From positions 1-64,000 of the IMG/VR virus record IMGVR_UViG_3300046657_000006: DNA of 64,000 nucleotides; one strand, 5' to 3'. Source of the stretch: a virus. The translations under genes were made by a program, and so were the position numbers. Numbering within the stretch: the stretch's first letter is position 1; each line of letters opens with the position of its first letter. The notes beneath the pieces are model-generated. The model saw only the letters and a list, made by a program, of their open reading frames with translations. It was not told the origin of the DNA and did no database searches. Positions 28,554 to 39,235 of the stretch are shown in pieces.

Positions 28554-29846
28554 ATGCCTGACGTAACTACAGTCACAAATTGGGTTGACTGGTATCAGCC
28601 CCAGCTAGTCCGTTCTAAGGACTGGTTCAAACTTCGCGCTCCTCTTTGGAACGCCATTGATGAAATCACGACAGGTGAAGTCGTAAGTCAACGAGGTGTC
28701 AGATTCTTTTTCAACAAAAATCAGGCAGGTGGTCACTCGCTTCCCTCGATTTCGCAACCGGATAACAACCGCGCTATTCCGTCTCAGTCAGACAGCATGT
28801 GGGCTGTCCCACAGATGTACACGATTCCCCTTGTTCTCGATCTGCTGCTCTTGAATGATGCTGGCGGCAACAACGGCCCGAAGAAAGCGCAGGCCATGTT
28901 TACCATCCAAGACATCATCAAGCAGACGACCGGAGCGGCGGCACAGCACCAAGACTTCTTCGCGTGTGGCAACGGCGGCGACATCATGGCCTACGCAGGG
29001 TCGAGCTTGGCCGTAGTTGGCGCTGGACAGACTCTTACTTGTGAAACCGCAGCCGCAGCCGCGCCGGGGCATACAAAGGGCGCTGTAAGGCTCAAAGCTA
29101 ATCAGTATTACCAATCCTACGACACCACGACTGGTCTCCCAGAGGGTACTATTCTGGTTACTTCGTCAAATAACAAGACGACTGCGACCGTTACATTGCT
29201 GTCCGGTGTTGTAACTTCGGGAAATCCAATCTGCGATGTAGGTGGCTACAACGCCGCGCCAATGGGCCTTACCGGACTCATCGACAACAACAACCGCATC
29301 ATGCAGGGTCGCGACACTTCGGTAGACACGATCCTGAACTGCCCCACGGTTGATCTCGCGGGCGCGAAATTCACTGTCACTGACCGCGAAACCATCAAGA
29401 CCATGCTTGTCACCCTGAACATGGATGACAACGCACGATCTCAGCTAACCAACATTACAACCCCCGGATTGATGTCTGACCTGCGCAAGCAGGGTTACGG
29501 CTTCCATCGCACGGGTGACGATGCTCCGGCTGTGGACATCGGCAAAATCTACAAAGACGCGGACGGAACCCGCATTATGGAGATCGCTGACTACGATGAA
29601 GATCGTTCCAGCTTCTTCAAGGGCGCAATCCAGAAGCATACCAATCTAGAATTTGGCGACATTGATCCTGATGGGCTGTCGTGGAGAAACCTCCCCGGCG
29701 TAAACTCGACTGGTTCGCGTTCGTTCTACCGCATGTGGGGAACGAACTGGACGCTGGCGATTGACGACACTATGGCAGTCGCGACAGTGAAAAGAGCCTC
29801 GACAACCGGAATTACTACCCAAACAGTTACGGGTATGGGAAATTAG
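28554..29846 (+). CDS. Putative major capsid protein
   Basis: 430 aa, strong AGGAG RBS, biased codon usage; CGNGGDI and PMGLTGLID motifs as seen in podovirus HK97-fold capsids; follows the scaffold. Confidence 0.7.
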   Translation: MPDVTTVTNWVDWYQPQLVRSKDWFKLRAPLWNAIDEITTGEVVSQRGVRFFFNKNQAGGHSLPSISQPDNNRAIPSQSDSMWAVPQMYTIPLVLDLLLLNDAGGNNGPKKAQAMFTIQDIIKQTTGAAAQHQDFFACGNGGDIMAYAGSSLAVVGAGQTLTCETAAAAAPGHTKGAVRLKANQYYQSYDTTTGLPEGTILVTSSNNKTTATVTLLSGVVTSGNPICDVGGYNAAPMGLTGLIDNNNRIMQGRDTSVDTILNCPTVDLAGAKFTVTDRETIKTMLVTLNMDDNARSQLTNITTPGLMSDLRKQGYGFHRTGDDAPAVDIGKIYKDADGTRIMEIADYDEDRSSFFKGAIQKHTNLEFGDIDPDGLSWRNLPGVNSTGSRSFYRMWGTNWTLAIDDTMAVATVKRASTTGITTQTVTGMGN

Positions 29847-29872
29847 CCTGTCATCGGGATGGGAAACACCCG

Positions 29873-30613
29873 TTACTTGTTACGGCGATAGCGATCCGCG
29901 CTAGGCCGTTCTTTGAAACCCAAGCATTCGTCGTCAGGCCAGCCTGATCGTTTGCGTTTTGCGATAAGGAGTGGGCTTTGATTTGTAATCTCTGCCCACT
30001 CCGCTATGCAATGAGTTTCATTTTCATGGGTTAGAAATACGTTTTTCCGAGTGTTACGCGTGTTGATTGTTTTTGAAACCCAATGCACGTTCATTGGCCA
30101 GTTCTTTGATAAGCATTCTTCGCAAGAGCCGCACCAATAGCCACCGTTATTATCCTTGCGGTCAATTTCATGCCTTGGGGGTACTTCGCCTAAAAGGGCA
30201 AAGAAGCCTTCAAACTTTCGCAGGCCGTCGCAAACGGTAATTCCACGCTCGCTGTAGTCCTTAGCTTGCTTGTAGGCCGGATTGGTTGCGCGGGTCAGCA
30301 TGTCGCTCCAACGTCTGTGGGTTGGGGTTTTATTCATTCCGTGGGTTCGGTTATTGTTTCCACGGATTTCGTTAATGAAACAGCCGCAAGACTTGGTCGA
30401 GCCGTTCTTTAATTTTCCTTTGGCGACGATTCGGAAATTGCCACAAGTACAGCGACACAGCCAGTAGCTCATCATTGACGCGGTCTTGGCATAGCCTGCA
30501 AGAGCGTAGACGGTCAGTCGGTGAAATTCCTGCCCTACGATACTGACTCGTTTAGTGTTTTTGGAAGTTTGCTGACGGAGTTTTGAAAGAATGGTAAGAT
30601 CGAGTTCGGGCAT
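29873..30613 (-). CDS. Free-standing HNH homing endonuclease
   Basis: GQEFHRLTV...WLCRCTCG...TKSCGC, HGM...W..M..R, YSERGITVC and EIDRKDNNGGY motifs. Confidence 0.85.
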   Translation of the reverse strand: MPELDLTILSKLRQQTSKNTKRVSIVGQEFHRLTVYALAGYAKTASMMSYWLCRCTCGNFRIVAKGKLKNGSTKSCGCFINEIRGNNNRTHGMNKTPTHRRWSDMLTRATNPAYKQAKDYSERGITVCDGLRKFEGFFALLGEVPPRHEIDRKDNNGGYWCGSCEECLSKNWPMNVHWVSKTINTRNTRKNVFLTHENETHCIAEWAEITNQSPLLIAKRKRSGWPDDECLGFKERPSADRYRRNK

Positions 30614-30715
30614 TACGTTCTCCTTTAAGCTAACGTGATGTTCTATCGCGGGCGAGAATTTAGCCTCTCGCTCGCAACTAAATTTTCGGTAAGTATACCA
30701 TAGGAGGGCAACTAA

Positions 30716-30982
30716 ATGCCTGCTACTTTGACGATAACTCTCGCGGCGGGACAGAACGGATATTCCCCTGACGAGGCCGGGTTCGTGAAAGAAGAATTGC
30801 TCATTACGGGCGCGTCTTCGGCGGCGGCGGATACCGGAACCTATTCAACCCAAATGAAGCAGCCGCAGCGCGTAGAGTGTGGAACGTGCGTGTTTTCTAT
30901 CAGCGGGCAGACCGTGACCTTGACTGATAAGGTAGGTATTGGCACGGCTACGGCTGGAGCAACCGTTTACGGCTACGCATGA
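30716..30982 (+). CDS. Small virion protein (possible capsid decoration)
   Basis: T/G/A-rich, GGAGG RBS; would follow the capsid gene if the HNH were absent. Confidence 0.5.
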   Translation: MPATLTITLAAGQNGYSPDEAGFVKEELLITGASSAAADTGTYSTQMKQPQRVECGTCVFSISGQTVTLTDKVGIGTATAGATVYGYA

Positions 30983-31719
30983 GTTCAACTGCACCTCGCG
31001 GAATTAACCAAGCGGCTTATCAGAAACGTATCAATCAAATCACTGGTACGGCAGACGGTAAGCCGCTTATCAAGCTCATTTGGTGTCCTGATGAATATCG
31101 CTGGATGCCTCATAAGCTGGGAGACGATCCACCGGGATACACGTTCCCGTTTTTTTGTAACGGTCGCAATGAAAACGGAGAATTCGAAGCCCCTAAACGG
31201 TGGGGATTGCTTCAACGGCTGGAGTGGGAGCAGTTTGGCCCAACGTGGGAAGCAATTCGTTACAAGAAGCAGGATGGGGCTGTTTGGGACTTGAAAGGCC
31301 CGTGTCCTTCGGAGAAGTACGTTGAGTTAAAGCTACACACCGACCACAACGGGAAATGCTGTCCGTGCTTATTTGACTGTACTTGCGAAGGCTTCTGTGA
31401 AGGGATACCCATCGAGCCGGATGAAAACCTGATGGGATGGATTCGGAAGGTGGCGTGGGAGTCCAAGCGTGATCCTGATGTCGATCCATTTGCTGACACA
31501 AGGTTTTTTGAAGCGACACATGCGCAACGAGAAGTTAAAAACGCGCATGACAGGGCTTTTGAAAAAGACCGGGCCGATGTAGAGGCATTTGATCGTGAGG
31601 CAGTAGATTTATTTTTGAGATCGCCAGTTACGGTAAGTTCGATGGTTAAGTCAGCTAAAGCCCCAGTGCCCTCTGGGTTCAAAAAACAAAAGGGATCGAG
31701 ACTGTACACACTAACTTAA
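30979..31719 (+). CDS. Hypothetical protein (Cys cluster)
   Basis: ORF track; ATGA coupling. Confidence 0.65.
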   Translation: MSSTAPRGINQAAYQKRINQITGTADGKPLIKLIWCPDEYRWMPHKLGDDPPGYTFPFFCNGRNENGEFEAPKRWGLLQRLEWEQFGPTWEAIRYKKQDGAVWDLKGPCPSEKYVELKLHTDHNGKCCPCLFDCTCEGFCEGIPIEPDENLMGWIRKVAWESKRDPDVDPFADTRFFEATHAQREVKNAHDRAFEKDRADVEAFDREAVDLFLRSPVTVSSMVKSAKAPVPSGFKKQKGSRLYTLT

Positions 31720-31729
31720 AGGAGATTGC

Positions 31730-33022
31730 ATGAGCGTTGTAGAGAAGCAGATTAGTCAGGGGTTCGCACCTGATGGAAGAATTTTTGAGCCGCCTAAAAC
31801 CAATCAAGAACTTGAACAGCCGAGATATTTGGCTTTTCTTGGTTCATTGATTGATGCCGAGATTGCACGATCCCGGTGGTGGACGAAAGCGGGAGGCATC
31901 GAGATTCAGAATCCCTGCCTTCGCTACGTTAAAAACTTTCTTCGCAAGGGACGTATCACCCCGCTGCTGAAAGACACGCATGACTTTCTTCCTTATAGCT
32001 ACGTTGAAAAAATGGTCGGCACCAACCCCTTGGGAGCTGGCTACTTTGCGCAGCCAATACCTCAAGGGTATGTTCCGCCAGCGCTGCCGCCGTCACAAGG
32101 GCAGTTCCAGCCGGGATTCGGTAACTTGGCAATTGGTGGCCCGTCACCGTACGGAAGTCTGGTAGGGCGTCTTGCGCTACCGGGAGAGCAGGTGGGCGCG
32201 ATTCTAACTGGCGCAGAAAACTTAACGCAAACTAACGTCCAGCGCGGCGTTGTGGAGCTGACCACGTTAAAGGGTCATCCTTATCGTCCTCAGCAAATTG
32301 ACGAGATTTATGTTGATCCAACTATTTGGCAGCTCCAGAAAACAATCTTTCCAACGTACCCAATACTCCCAACGCTGCTGGACGAGATAGAGTCGCTGCT
32401 GGACGAGGCGCGTATCCATACGTCGTTGATTTCCATCGTGGATGAAATGCACGAATCGCTAATTCAGTTCCGTGATTACGCAGACGCGGCGATTCAGAAC
32501 GTCCATCACATGATGCGAGAGTCTGCGGGTCGTGCTGGGTACATCCCGCGCTATACGCAGATGGATTTGGTGCTTCTTGAGCAATTGGGCATGGCGCGGA
32601 AAGACCGCGAGATTCGGCAGGATGCTAAAGTGAATCCGAATAGCCGTCTTGAGGAGATGTTTGCCGCGTGGCTACAGGCTCAGACTGAAGAAAAAGCGGA
32701 ATTAAAGCGAATGCGACAAGAGCAAGACGCGCCAATCATCACCGAAGACACCATGAAAGCCCAACCTGTAACTGAAATAATGTCTGACCTTGAAGGTTAC
32801 GACGGGTTTCCCGGAGCATCGGGTTATTCAGGATTCTCAGGTGCAGTGGCCACTACCGAGCATGAGGTAATAACCGCAAGTAGTGACGAGCGATTGCCCA
32901 ACCCTGTAATTCCACCGCTTGAAGTGGCAGAATTCGCCTGTAGCGGGTGTGGCAGGACTTCCCCTACCCTAGCAGGTCAGAAGGCGCACGAACGTCACTG
33001 TGAAGCCGTAAAGAAGGAGTAA
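31730..33022 (+). CDS. Hypothetical protein with a short GxS repeat and C-terminal C2H2-like finger
   Basis: GFPGASGYSGFSG; FACSGCG...AHERHC; GGAG RBS. Confidence 0.7.
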   Translation: MSVVEKQISQGFAPDGRIFEPPKTNQELEQPRYLAFLGSLIDAEIARSRWWTKAGGIEIQNPCLRYVKNFLRKGRITPLLKDTHDFLPYSYVEKMVGTNPLGAGYFAQPIPQGYVPPALPPSQGQFQPGFGNLAIGGPSPYGSLVGRLALPGEQVGAILTGAENLTQTNVQRGVVELTTLKGHPYRPQQIDEIYVDPTIWQLQKTIFPTYPILPTLLDEIESLLDEARIHTSLISIVDEMHESLIQFRDYADAAIQNVHHMMRESAGRAGYIPRYTQMDLVLLEQLGMARKDREIRQDAKVNPNSRLEEMFAAWLQAQTEEKAELKRMRQEQDAPIITEDTMKAQPVTEIMSDLEGYDGFPGASGYSGFSGAVATTEHEVITASSDERLPNPVIPPLEVAEFACSGCGRTSPTLAGQKAHERHCEAVKKE

Positions 33023-33772
33023 ATGGGCACTATCAACTCAATGATGGACGGCACGCTGATACGCTTAGATGATCCGCGAGCGCAGAGGCCGGGAAACGCC
33101 CAATTACTCCAAGAGGTTTGTAGTCAGATCAGAAATTTGTTCCGCCAGAAACGGAACTCAGGAAATGTATGGCAGTTTGGAACCACAAGTGTTGATGTTT
33201 CACCCGGAGAGAACACTTACCAGATAGGTGTTAACGATTTCGGAACTCCGCTTTCTGTAATAACCGTGAACGATACAGGCGACAGTAATTTTGTTGTTCG
33301 CCGCATTCCTTTTTACACCCCACAAGACCTTGCGTTTAATTGGGGGCTTCCGGCCAATGCGGGTTATTGGCTTACGGGGAACTGGAACGATCCGTGGCAT
33401 ACGGCACTTCGCTGCGCGATTTTTTGGACAAACAACCTTCCGTACATTCAATTTGAGCCTACCCCTCAATACGGATGTTCTTATTCCATTAAATACTTGC
33501 AGAACGCCAACAACGTAGGCGTCACAGCGTTAACCGCATCTCCGCTGCCGGATGAGGACTGTGATGTCGTGGAACTCCGTGCCGCCCTAGGGTTGCTAGC
33601 AATGGCAGAGTGGGAAGGTAACGATCCACAATCGAATTCAAACAAGCGCAAGGAAATGATGGTCACCTTGAGTCGGAACGAGCAACTTGCTGCTGAACAG
33701 TTCAACATAGCCAATTTGATTACGAATGCCCCCGGAGTTAAGACACGCGATCAGGCGATGCTTTCTTGGTGA
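33023..33772 (+). CDS. Putative head-tail adaptor (tail tubular A-like)
   Basis: Size, position and ..GENTY...IQFEPTP...YSIKY...PLP pattern. Confidence 0.5.
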   Translation: MGTINSMMDGTLIRLDDPRAQRPGNAQLLQEVCSQIRNLFRQKRNSGNVWQFGTTSVDVSPGENTYQIGVNDFGTPLSVITVNDTGDSNFVVRRIPFYTPQDLAFNWGLPANAGYWLTGNWNDPWHTALRCAIFWTNNLPYIQFEPTPQYGCSYSIKYLQNANNVGVTALTASPLPDEDCDVVELRAALGLLAMAEWEGNDPQSNSNKRKEMMVTLSRNEQLAAEQFNIANLITNAPGVKTRDQAMLSW

Positions 33773-34596
33773 GAGACCTTCGTTTGAAGAGGGCGGCTAA
33801 GAGCATCTTCAGGACTCCACCGCTTGAGCCGAGATGTAATCGTTTGAAACTTTAATCCCGTTTTGCGTACCCATTGTGACACGGTTAATGTCTCCCCAAA
33901 AGCCGTTACCAAGTGATTCGTACGTTTATTTGAGTTCTGCTCTTCGCTGTTGCCCCATTTTGTGTTAATAGGGTTATAGCCCTCGTCGTTATTGATTCGA
34001 TGTAGCGAAAGTTCTGGTGAAGGTCGTTTTCCCATATCTCGGAGAAACGTTTCAAATCCAGTTTTACCTTGCCATTCCGGGCAAACGGTAATGCCGCGAC
34101 CGCCCCAATCTGAATACGAAGGATGAAGAGCCGACAGGCATCTTTGAGTCATATTGTTCCACGCTGCGTATTCAACGGCATATTCTGGATTTCTTGATTT
34201 CCCGTGAGTGGTATTCCGTTCGCGCACGACATCTCGATTTAGACACCCACAGCTTTTTACGGTGCCTCCTACTAGGTTGCAAGAACTTGCGTAATGCGTT
34301 TTCCCACAATCGCACAAACATTCCCACTCAATTAGTTGCTTTCGTTTTCTGCCGCTCGGACGCAAAGCAAGCAGTCGCGTAAATCGCTTATTAGTTAAAT
34401 CGAGCCGATGCCTCCCCCTAGCGCACCCGCAACTTTTAGTGTGGCCGTTGACAAGGCTAACTGCTTTTACGAAAGCGGTGTTTCCGCAATCGCAAAGGCA
34501 CTCCCAAACGATAGTCCCTTGTCGGCGTTCGGTGGTAGGGCGTAAAGCTATAAGACTGTGGAATCGCTGATTTGTGATAGACTTTCTGGCAGGCAT
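33751..34596 (-). CDS. Free-standing HNH homing endonuclease
   Basis: Two WECLCDCG...KSCGC repeats, WGGRGITVCPEW, FLRDMGKRP and SLHRINNDEGY motifs. Confidence 0.9.
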   Translation of the reverse strand: MPARKSITNQRFHSLIALRPTTERRQGTIVWECLCDCGNTAFVKAVSLVNGHTKSCGCARGRHRLDLTNKRFTRLLALRPSGRKRKQLIEWECLCDCGKTHYASSCNLVGGTVKSCGCLNRDVVRERNTTHGKSRNPEYAVEYAAWNNMTQRCLSALHPSYSDWGGRGITVCPEWQGKTGFETFLRDMGKRPSPELSLHRINNDEGYNPINTKWGNSEEQNSNKRTNHLVTAFGETLTVSQWVRKTGLKFQTITSRLKRWSPEDALSRPLQTKVSHQESIA

Positions 34597-34671
34597 CGCG
34601 GTTCTCCTATCGAACTAAGATGTTGGGGCTAGCGGGCGCATCGCACGTCTGCTAGTCCCGCAAATTATAGC

Positions 34672-35194
34672 ATGGAATCTACTAATTTTGACGACACGAC
34701 AGAAGCGTTACCAAACGGTGCAAATCTGCCTGAACACCCCGCGCTCACAACCTCCAAGAAAATCACAGAGTATGGTCGAGTTTGGGATGATGCAGACGGA
34801 GTTACACTACACGGTGGACTTCACGAAGCTGAAATCAGAAACTTAATGAATGGCGATCAGATGGCCTTGAAGCATCTTTACAGGTTCGCAATCAGAAACA
34901 AGAGAATCTTTCACACCCGCAACTTGGTTTGTATTGACGTAAAAACAGAAAATGTGGACACCGCTGACTAAAAGCATTTACAACTCCCTGAATGACCTTG
35001 CATCTACCTGCGGGCTTCAAGGCGAGTCAGGCTCAGAAGAACTATTCGACATGCTGGGAGCGGCGTATCTAGAGTTGGATGCTGAGTGCGTTCTGGAAGA
35101 GAGCCATGAAGAAGGGCTTTGTTTAGACATGAACGCAGAACTAGCCCACAAGATAGAAAAGTACCTCACAAATAATCAGCCACGCGGCCACTGA
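34672..35194 (+). CDS. Two small hypothetical genes (34672-34971, 34952-35194)
   Basis: ORF track. Confidence 0.5.
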
Positions 35195-35210
35195 GTGGTA
35201 TAATTCTACC

Positions 35211-37178
35211 GTGCCCGAAGTAACCCTCGAACAGACCTACCAGTTTATTAAGACCTGCACAGCCGAACAACTCAATAAAATCCTTGAATGGCTGAAGGTG
35301 AATCAGCCTGAAAACTACCAGAAGGTTGCTCAGTATCTTCAGGCAAATCGGGGTTATTTAACCGAAGTCAAAGGCTACGAAGCGTGGCTCAAGATGATGG
35401 GGCCACATTCGTTCACGGGGGATTTTTCCGAGTTTCATAAGGACATCTGGAATTGGTATTGGCCGCTCACTGAGAAACAGAAGCACGGCAAGCCAATGGA
35501 CTTGGAAGACCTAACTTACTTTGCTATCTGGGGGCGTGGTTTAGGAAAATCGACCAACGCCGAGTGGTTGGCAATCTGTGAGGGATGTTTGATTGGAAAA
35601 GGCTTTGTCTTGTATGTCTCCGGCACGGCAGAACAAGCTGAGGCGCACGTAGAGGCCATTAGAGAGCGTATAGAGCAAGAAGGAGCGCTGTCTCAATCCT
35701 ACCCAGCAATGCAAAAGCCGGAAGTAGGGGAGCATAAAGCTAACAAGAAAGCGAAAATTCAAGGTTACGGCTGGCGACAAGATTACTTGATGACCGCTAA
35801 TGGTTGGGCGGTGCGTCCAGTTGGGTTAGATAAGGCTATTCGTGGATGGAAGCGCGGTGACAATCGTGTAAGTCTCATAATTTTAGATGACATCGACGAT
35901 GACGATGACTCGCCTGAAGTAATTCTCAAAAAAGAACGTCGCATAGCCAAGAAAATCCTGCCAATGGGCACAGCGCGAACGAAAGTGGTTTTTGCGCAAA
36001 ATCTCATTCACTCCAATTCAGTTTTGAATCGGATGCACACGCGGCAGACTGACATTCTAGCGCTGCGCAAGGGCGATGAAGCAATTAAGGCGTTTGAGGA
36101 AATAGAAATCCAGCATGAGATTACCCCTCGCGGGCCTCGCAGCATTATCAAGAGCGGTAAACCGACGTGGCCGCACATCGACATGGCTGAATGTCAGTCG
36201 TTTCTTGATCGTTCGGGGCTTGATGGTTTCATGGCTGAGTACCAGCATGACTTCTCTGGTGAGCAGGATGATCGCGTATTGCCTGAATATGATGACCGGG
36301 TGTTGAAAACCCACCTGATTACTTGGGGGCAATTTGAGGCGCTATACAAAACCAATCGCATTCCTTCCGCATGGGCTTGCGATGTTGGGCTTGATATTGG
36401 TTACACAACTGGCCACAAATCCGCGTGGACGTTTCTCTCTAAGGTTCCAGAAGGCTATCCCTTAGCAGGGAGCATCTTTCGTTATCGGGGCTGCGTGTTT
36501 ACTTCAACTACGATTGGAGACATGGAAGTTGCGGTTCGTGGTCGCATGTGGCCTAGTGAGCAGATTCAGCGAGAGTTCATGTCGCATGAAAAACTAGGTG
36601 AACAGTTAGTTCTGAATGGCGAGCATGGCTGGCACTTTCACCCTTGCGATTCCGCGAAGACCGCTGGAATCGCACAATGGCGGCATTTCCTTCGCCCTGA
36701 TAAATCTAAACCGCATCCATTTCATAGAGACGAAAAGGGGGCAGATGGTCTATGGAAGATCGGGTGTCCCGCGTGGTTCGATATAGTTGTCCCAGAACAG
36801 TTTCACGCTTCCGACATGAAGGATGATTTGGGGCTAAAGATTCACCGCGATCAGGCTTATAAATGGAAAATGCGAAAGGTGGAAGAAACTAAATCAGGAA
36901 TGACTGTTGAGCAGCCAATGAAAGCCGATGAGGACAGTTGCGATTCAACAAGAATGCTGACAGTAGCATTTGGGCCAGTTCAGCAGCCCATGACATTGGC
37001 TCAAAGAATTCAATCCATTATACCCGCTGGATACCACGATTCTGAGCTTGCTCAAAGAACTGACATAGACCCAACCCAAAAAGCAATGACAAGCGACATG
37101 GCAAATTGGTTCGCCAAGCGACAACTGAAAGCGAGACTTCCTAAGCCCAAAGACCAGTTCGGGCAAAGTCTCAGGTAA
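35211..37178 (+). CDS. terL: Terminase large subunit
   Basis: Walker A WGRGLGKST, Walker B LIILDDID, AEYQH linker, nuclease VGLDIG and DEDSCDSTR motifs. Confidence 0.9.
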   Translation: MPEVTLEQTYQFIKTCTAEQLNKILEWLKVNQPENYQKVAQYLQANRGYLTEVKGYEAWLKMMGPHSFTGDFSEFHKDIWNWYWPLTEKQKHGKPMDLEDLTYFAIWGRGLGKSTNAEWLAICEGCLIGKGFVLYVSGTAEQAEAHVEAIRERIEQEGALSQSYPAMQKPEVGEHKANKKAKIQGYGWRQDYLMTANGWAVRPVGLDKAIRGWKRGDNRVSLIILDDIDDDDDSPEVILKKERRIAKKILPMGTARTKVVFAQNLIHSNSVLNRMHTRQTDILALRKGDEAIKAFEEIEIQHEITPRGPRSIIKSGKPTWPHIDMAECQSFLDRSGLDGFMAEYQHDFSGEQDDRVLPEYDDRVLKTHLITWGQFEALYKTNRIPSAWACDVGLDIGYTTGHKSAWTFLSKVPEGYPLAGSIFRYRGCVFTSTTIGDMEVAVRGRMWPSEQIQREFMSHEKLGEQLVLNGEHGWHFHPCDSAKTAGIAQWRHFLRPDKSKPHPFHRDEKGADGLWKIGCPAWFDIVVPEQFHASDMKDDLGLKIHRDQAYKWKMRKVEETKSGMTVEQPMKADEDSCDSTRMLTVAFGPVQQPMTLAQRIQSIIPAGYHDSELAQRTDIDPTQKAMTSDMANWFAKRQLKARLPKPKDQFGQSLR

Positions 37179-37246
37179 AGCAGCGAAAGTTGTTGCAGTT
37201 AAAGCAGTTTACCTTTAGACTACGCTCCCAGAGAGGTTTATGGTGA

Positions 37247-37435
37247 TTGCCTGCTAAATCTACTGCCCAATTTCGATTCATGCAAGCCGTGGCGCACGGA
37301 AGCGTCAAGAAGTCGGGGCTGTCTCGCGCGGTTGCAGCAGAATACGTTAGCGGTCAATCACCAAAGGGTTTACCTGACCACGCAAAGAAACCGAAAAGAC
37401 GAGGGATTGAACATATAAAGGTCGGGAAGCATTGA
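37247..37435 (+). CDS. Small basic protein (MPAKSxAQxRFM family)
   Basis: MPAKSTAQFRFMQAVAHG...KGLP motif common in phage head modules. Confidence 0.65.
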   Translation: MPAKSTAQFRFMQAVAHGSVKKSGLSRAVAAEYVSGQSPKGLPDHAKKPKRRGIEHIKVGKH

Positions 37436-37506
37436 AAATTAAGTTGGGCGACTAAGCTCTCGCAAGCTCGCCGCCCGATCACAGCATTACTGATTAAGGA
37501 GATGCT

Positions 37507-38145
37507 ATGACAAGTTTGATACTACTGTCTCAGTGGCAGAGTTCGCAAGTTGAATTTTGGCGTAAGACGATCTTTGAAGGATACGACGTTTCTAGTCAGG
37601 GGCGAATACGCTCTTGGTGGGTAATCGTTGCTAATAAGGGATGGAGCAACGGAGCACGCGGAGAACTGTCCGACTCACCTAGAATTATTCAGGGAGCGGC
37701 TGGCGACAGCTCGGGTTATCCATACCTCAACGTGCGTGGTACGAATCGCGCTTGCCCTAAGATTCATCGCCTTGTCGCAATTGCGTTTATTCCGAACCCC
37801 GAGAATAAGCCGGAGGTTAATCATAAAACCGGAGTCAAGGCGAATAACTGGACTGATAATTTAGAGTGGGCAACACGTCAAGAGAATATCGATCACGCAT
37901 GGAGAATAGGATTACGTGATGACATCATGCCGAGCGGTGAAAGCCATTATGGTTCAAAAATTTCAGATGAGCGTGTCCTTGAAATGCAAAGACTTTATGA
38001 TCAAGGGGTGAAACCGATTCATCTAGCGCCAATGTTCGGTGTTACATTAGCGAACACTTATGACCTAGCAAAAGGTGCTCGCGGTAGAGGAAAAACTTTA
38101 AGGGAGAAATCACATGAGCGGATTGCTAACCTACACAACCGATAA
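37507..38145 (+). CDS. NUMOD4-HNH homing endonuclease
   Basis: YDVSSQGRIRS, IHRLVAIAFIPNPENKPEVNHK and NLEWATRQENIDHA motifs. Confidence 0.9.
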   Translation: MTSLILLSQWQSSQVEFWRKTIFEGYDVSSQGRIRSWWVIVANKGWSNGARGELSDSPRIIQGAAGDSSGYPYLNVRGTNRACPKIHRLVAIAFIPNPENKPEVNHKTGVKANNWTDNLEWATRQENIDHAWRIGLRDDIMPSGESHYGSKISDERVLEMQRLYDQGVKPIHLAPMFGVTLANTYDLAKGARGRGKTLREKSHERIANLHNR

Positions 38146-39221
38146 CAGAGAGACAAGTGCCCTCTGTGGATACGCCGCGCTCCAAGCAGGAGTGCAAGGT
38201 TATTTAACGACAGCAGGGATTACTGCTGCGACTTCGGGCCAAGACTTGATCGATCTGGTCAACGCGGCTGTTGTTGCTGCGGGGGCGGAGTCGCCAGCCC
38301 AACGTCTGGCTATTGCAAAAGCAATCCAAGAAGGGATCAATCTTGGCGATTTTTCTGCAACGAGAGTGCAGTCTGCAACCACTCCGTTATCCCTTGCGGA
38401 ATTGACATGGGCCACGCAAAATCCCGCGATCTACAATGGGTTCCTTGGGCCGAATCTCATAACGGGGTAGCCATGCACGATATTACCGAGTTAGCGCGTA
38501 ATGCGTGGAACGCTGCACGCACGGATTCCGCTCCGGTGTTTGATGACTTGGAAGAAAGCTATCGCCAGAGACTCTTGGATCGTGCTCAAAACGTCGCAAC
38601 TTTAGGATACCCAACAAGTGAAGGCGGAATCTTCCAGACGTTTGAGCAGAACGTGATTGAGGTGTTGCAACCTGAGAGATTCCATCCGCTTTCGAAACAA
38701 TTCGCTCAAGTTCCCGAAGAGGTAAAAGAGGAACTAGTTGCCGAAGTAGAGGAAGAGAAGCCCAAGAAGAAAGCGGCACCAAAGACTCCGGTTAAGAAGG
38801 CTGTGAAGGCAGTTAAGAAAGCTAAGAAATGAAATTCTTTCGACTCTTAGCAAGAATTCGGTACTGGCGCAATCGGGCACTCAGGGCTGAGACGCGAATT
38901 ATTGAAATCTCTGCTCAGGCCGAAGCAGAACGTTATCGAAACATGAGCAGAGAAGACGCTTTTGCGTCGGCGGCATGTTTGCAAGGTCGAGGGATGGTGG
39001 GGATAGTACCTCGTGACGCTCCGGCTGAAACTCGACGTTCAAGGTTTGTGGAGCAAGTTGACCCGTGGCAAGCGCTTACCAGAATAGAGAAAGACGAGTT
39101 TGAAAAAGAGTGGCTTGTGGATGCGATTACTCATGGCGTTGACCCTCGTAGAGCGCAACAGGATTACTTGAAAGAACTTGCTCGACGTAAACAGTTTAAC
39201 GATGAGCCGACAATCGGCTAA
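38114..39221 (+). CDS. Three hypothetical genes (38114-38470, about 38473-38832 with K/A-rich tail, 38829-39221)
   Basis: Coupled ORFs between TerL and the portal. Confidence 0.55.
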
Positions 39222-39235
39222 CGTGTGACCCCCTT

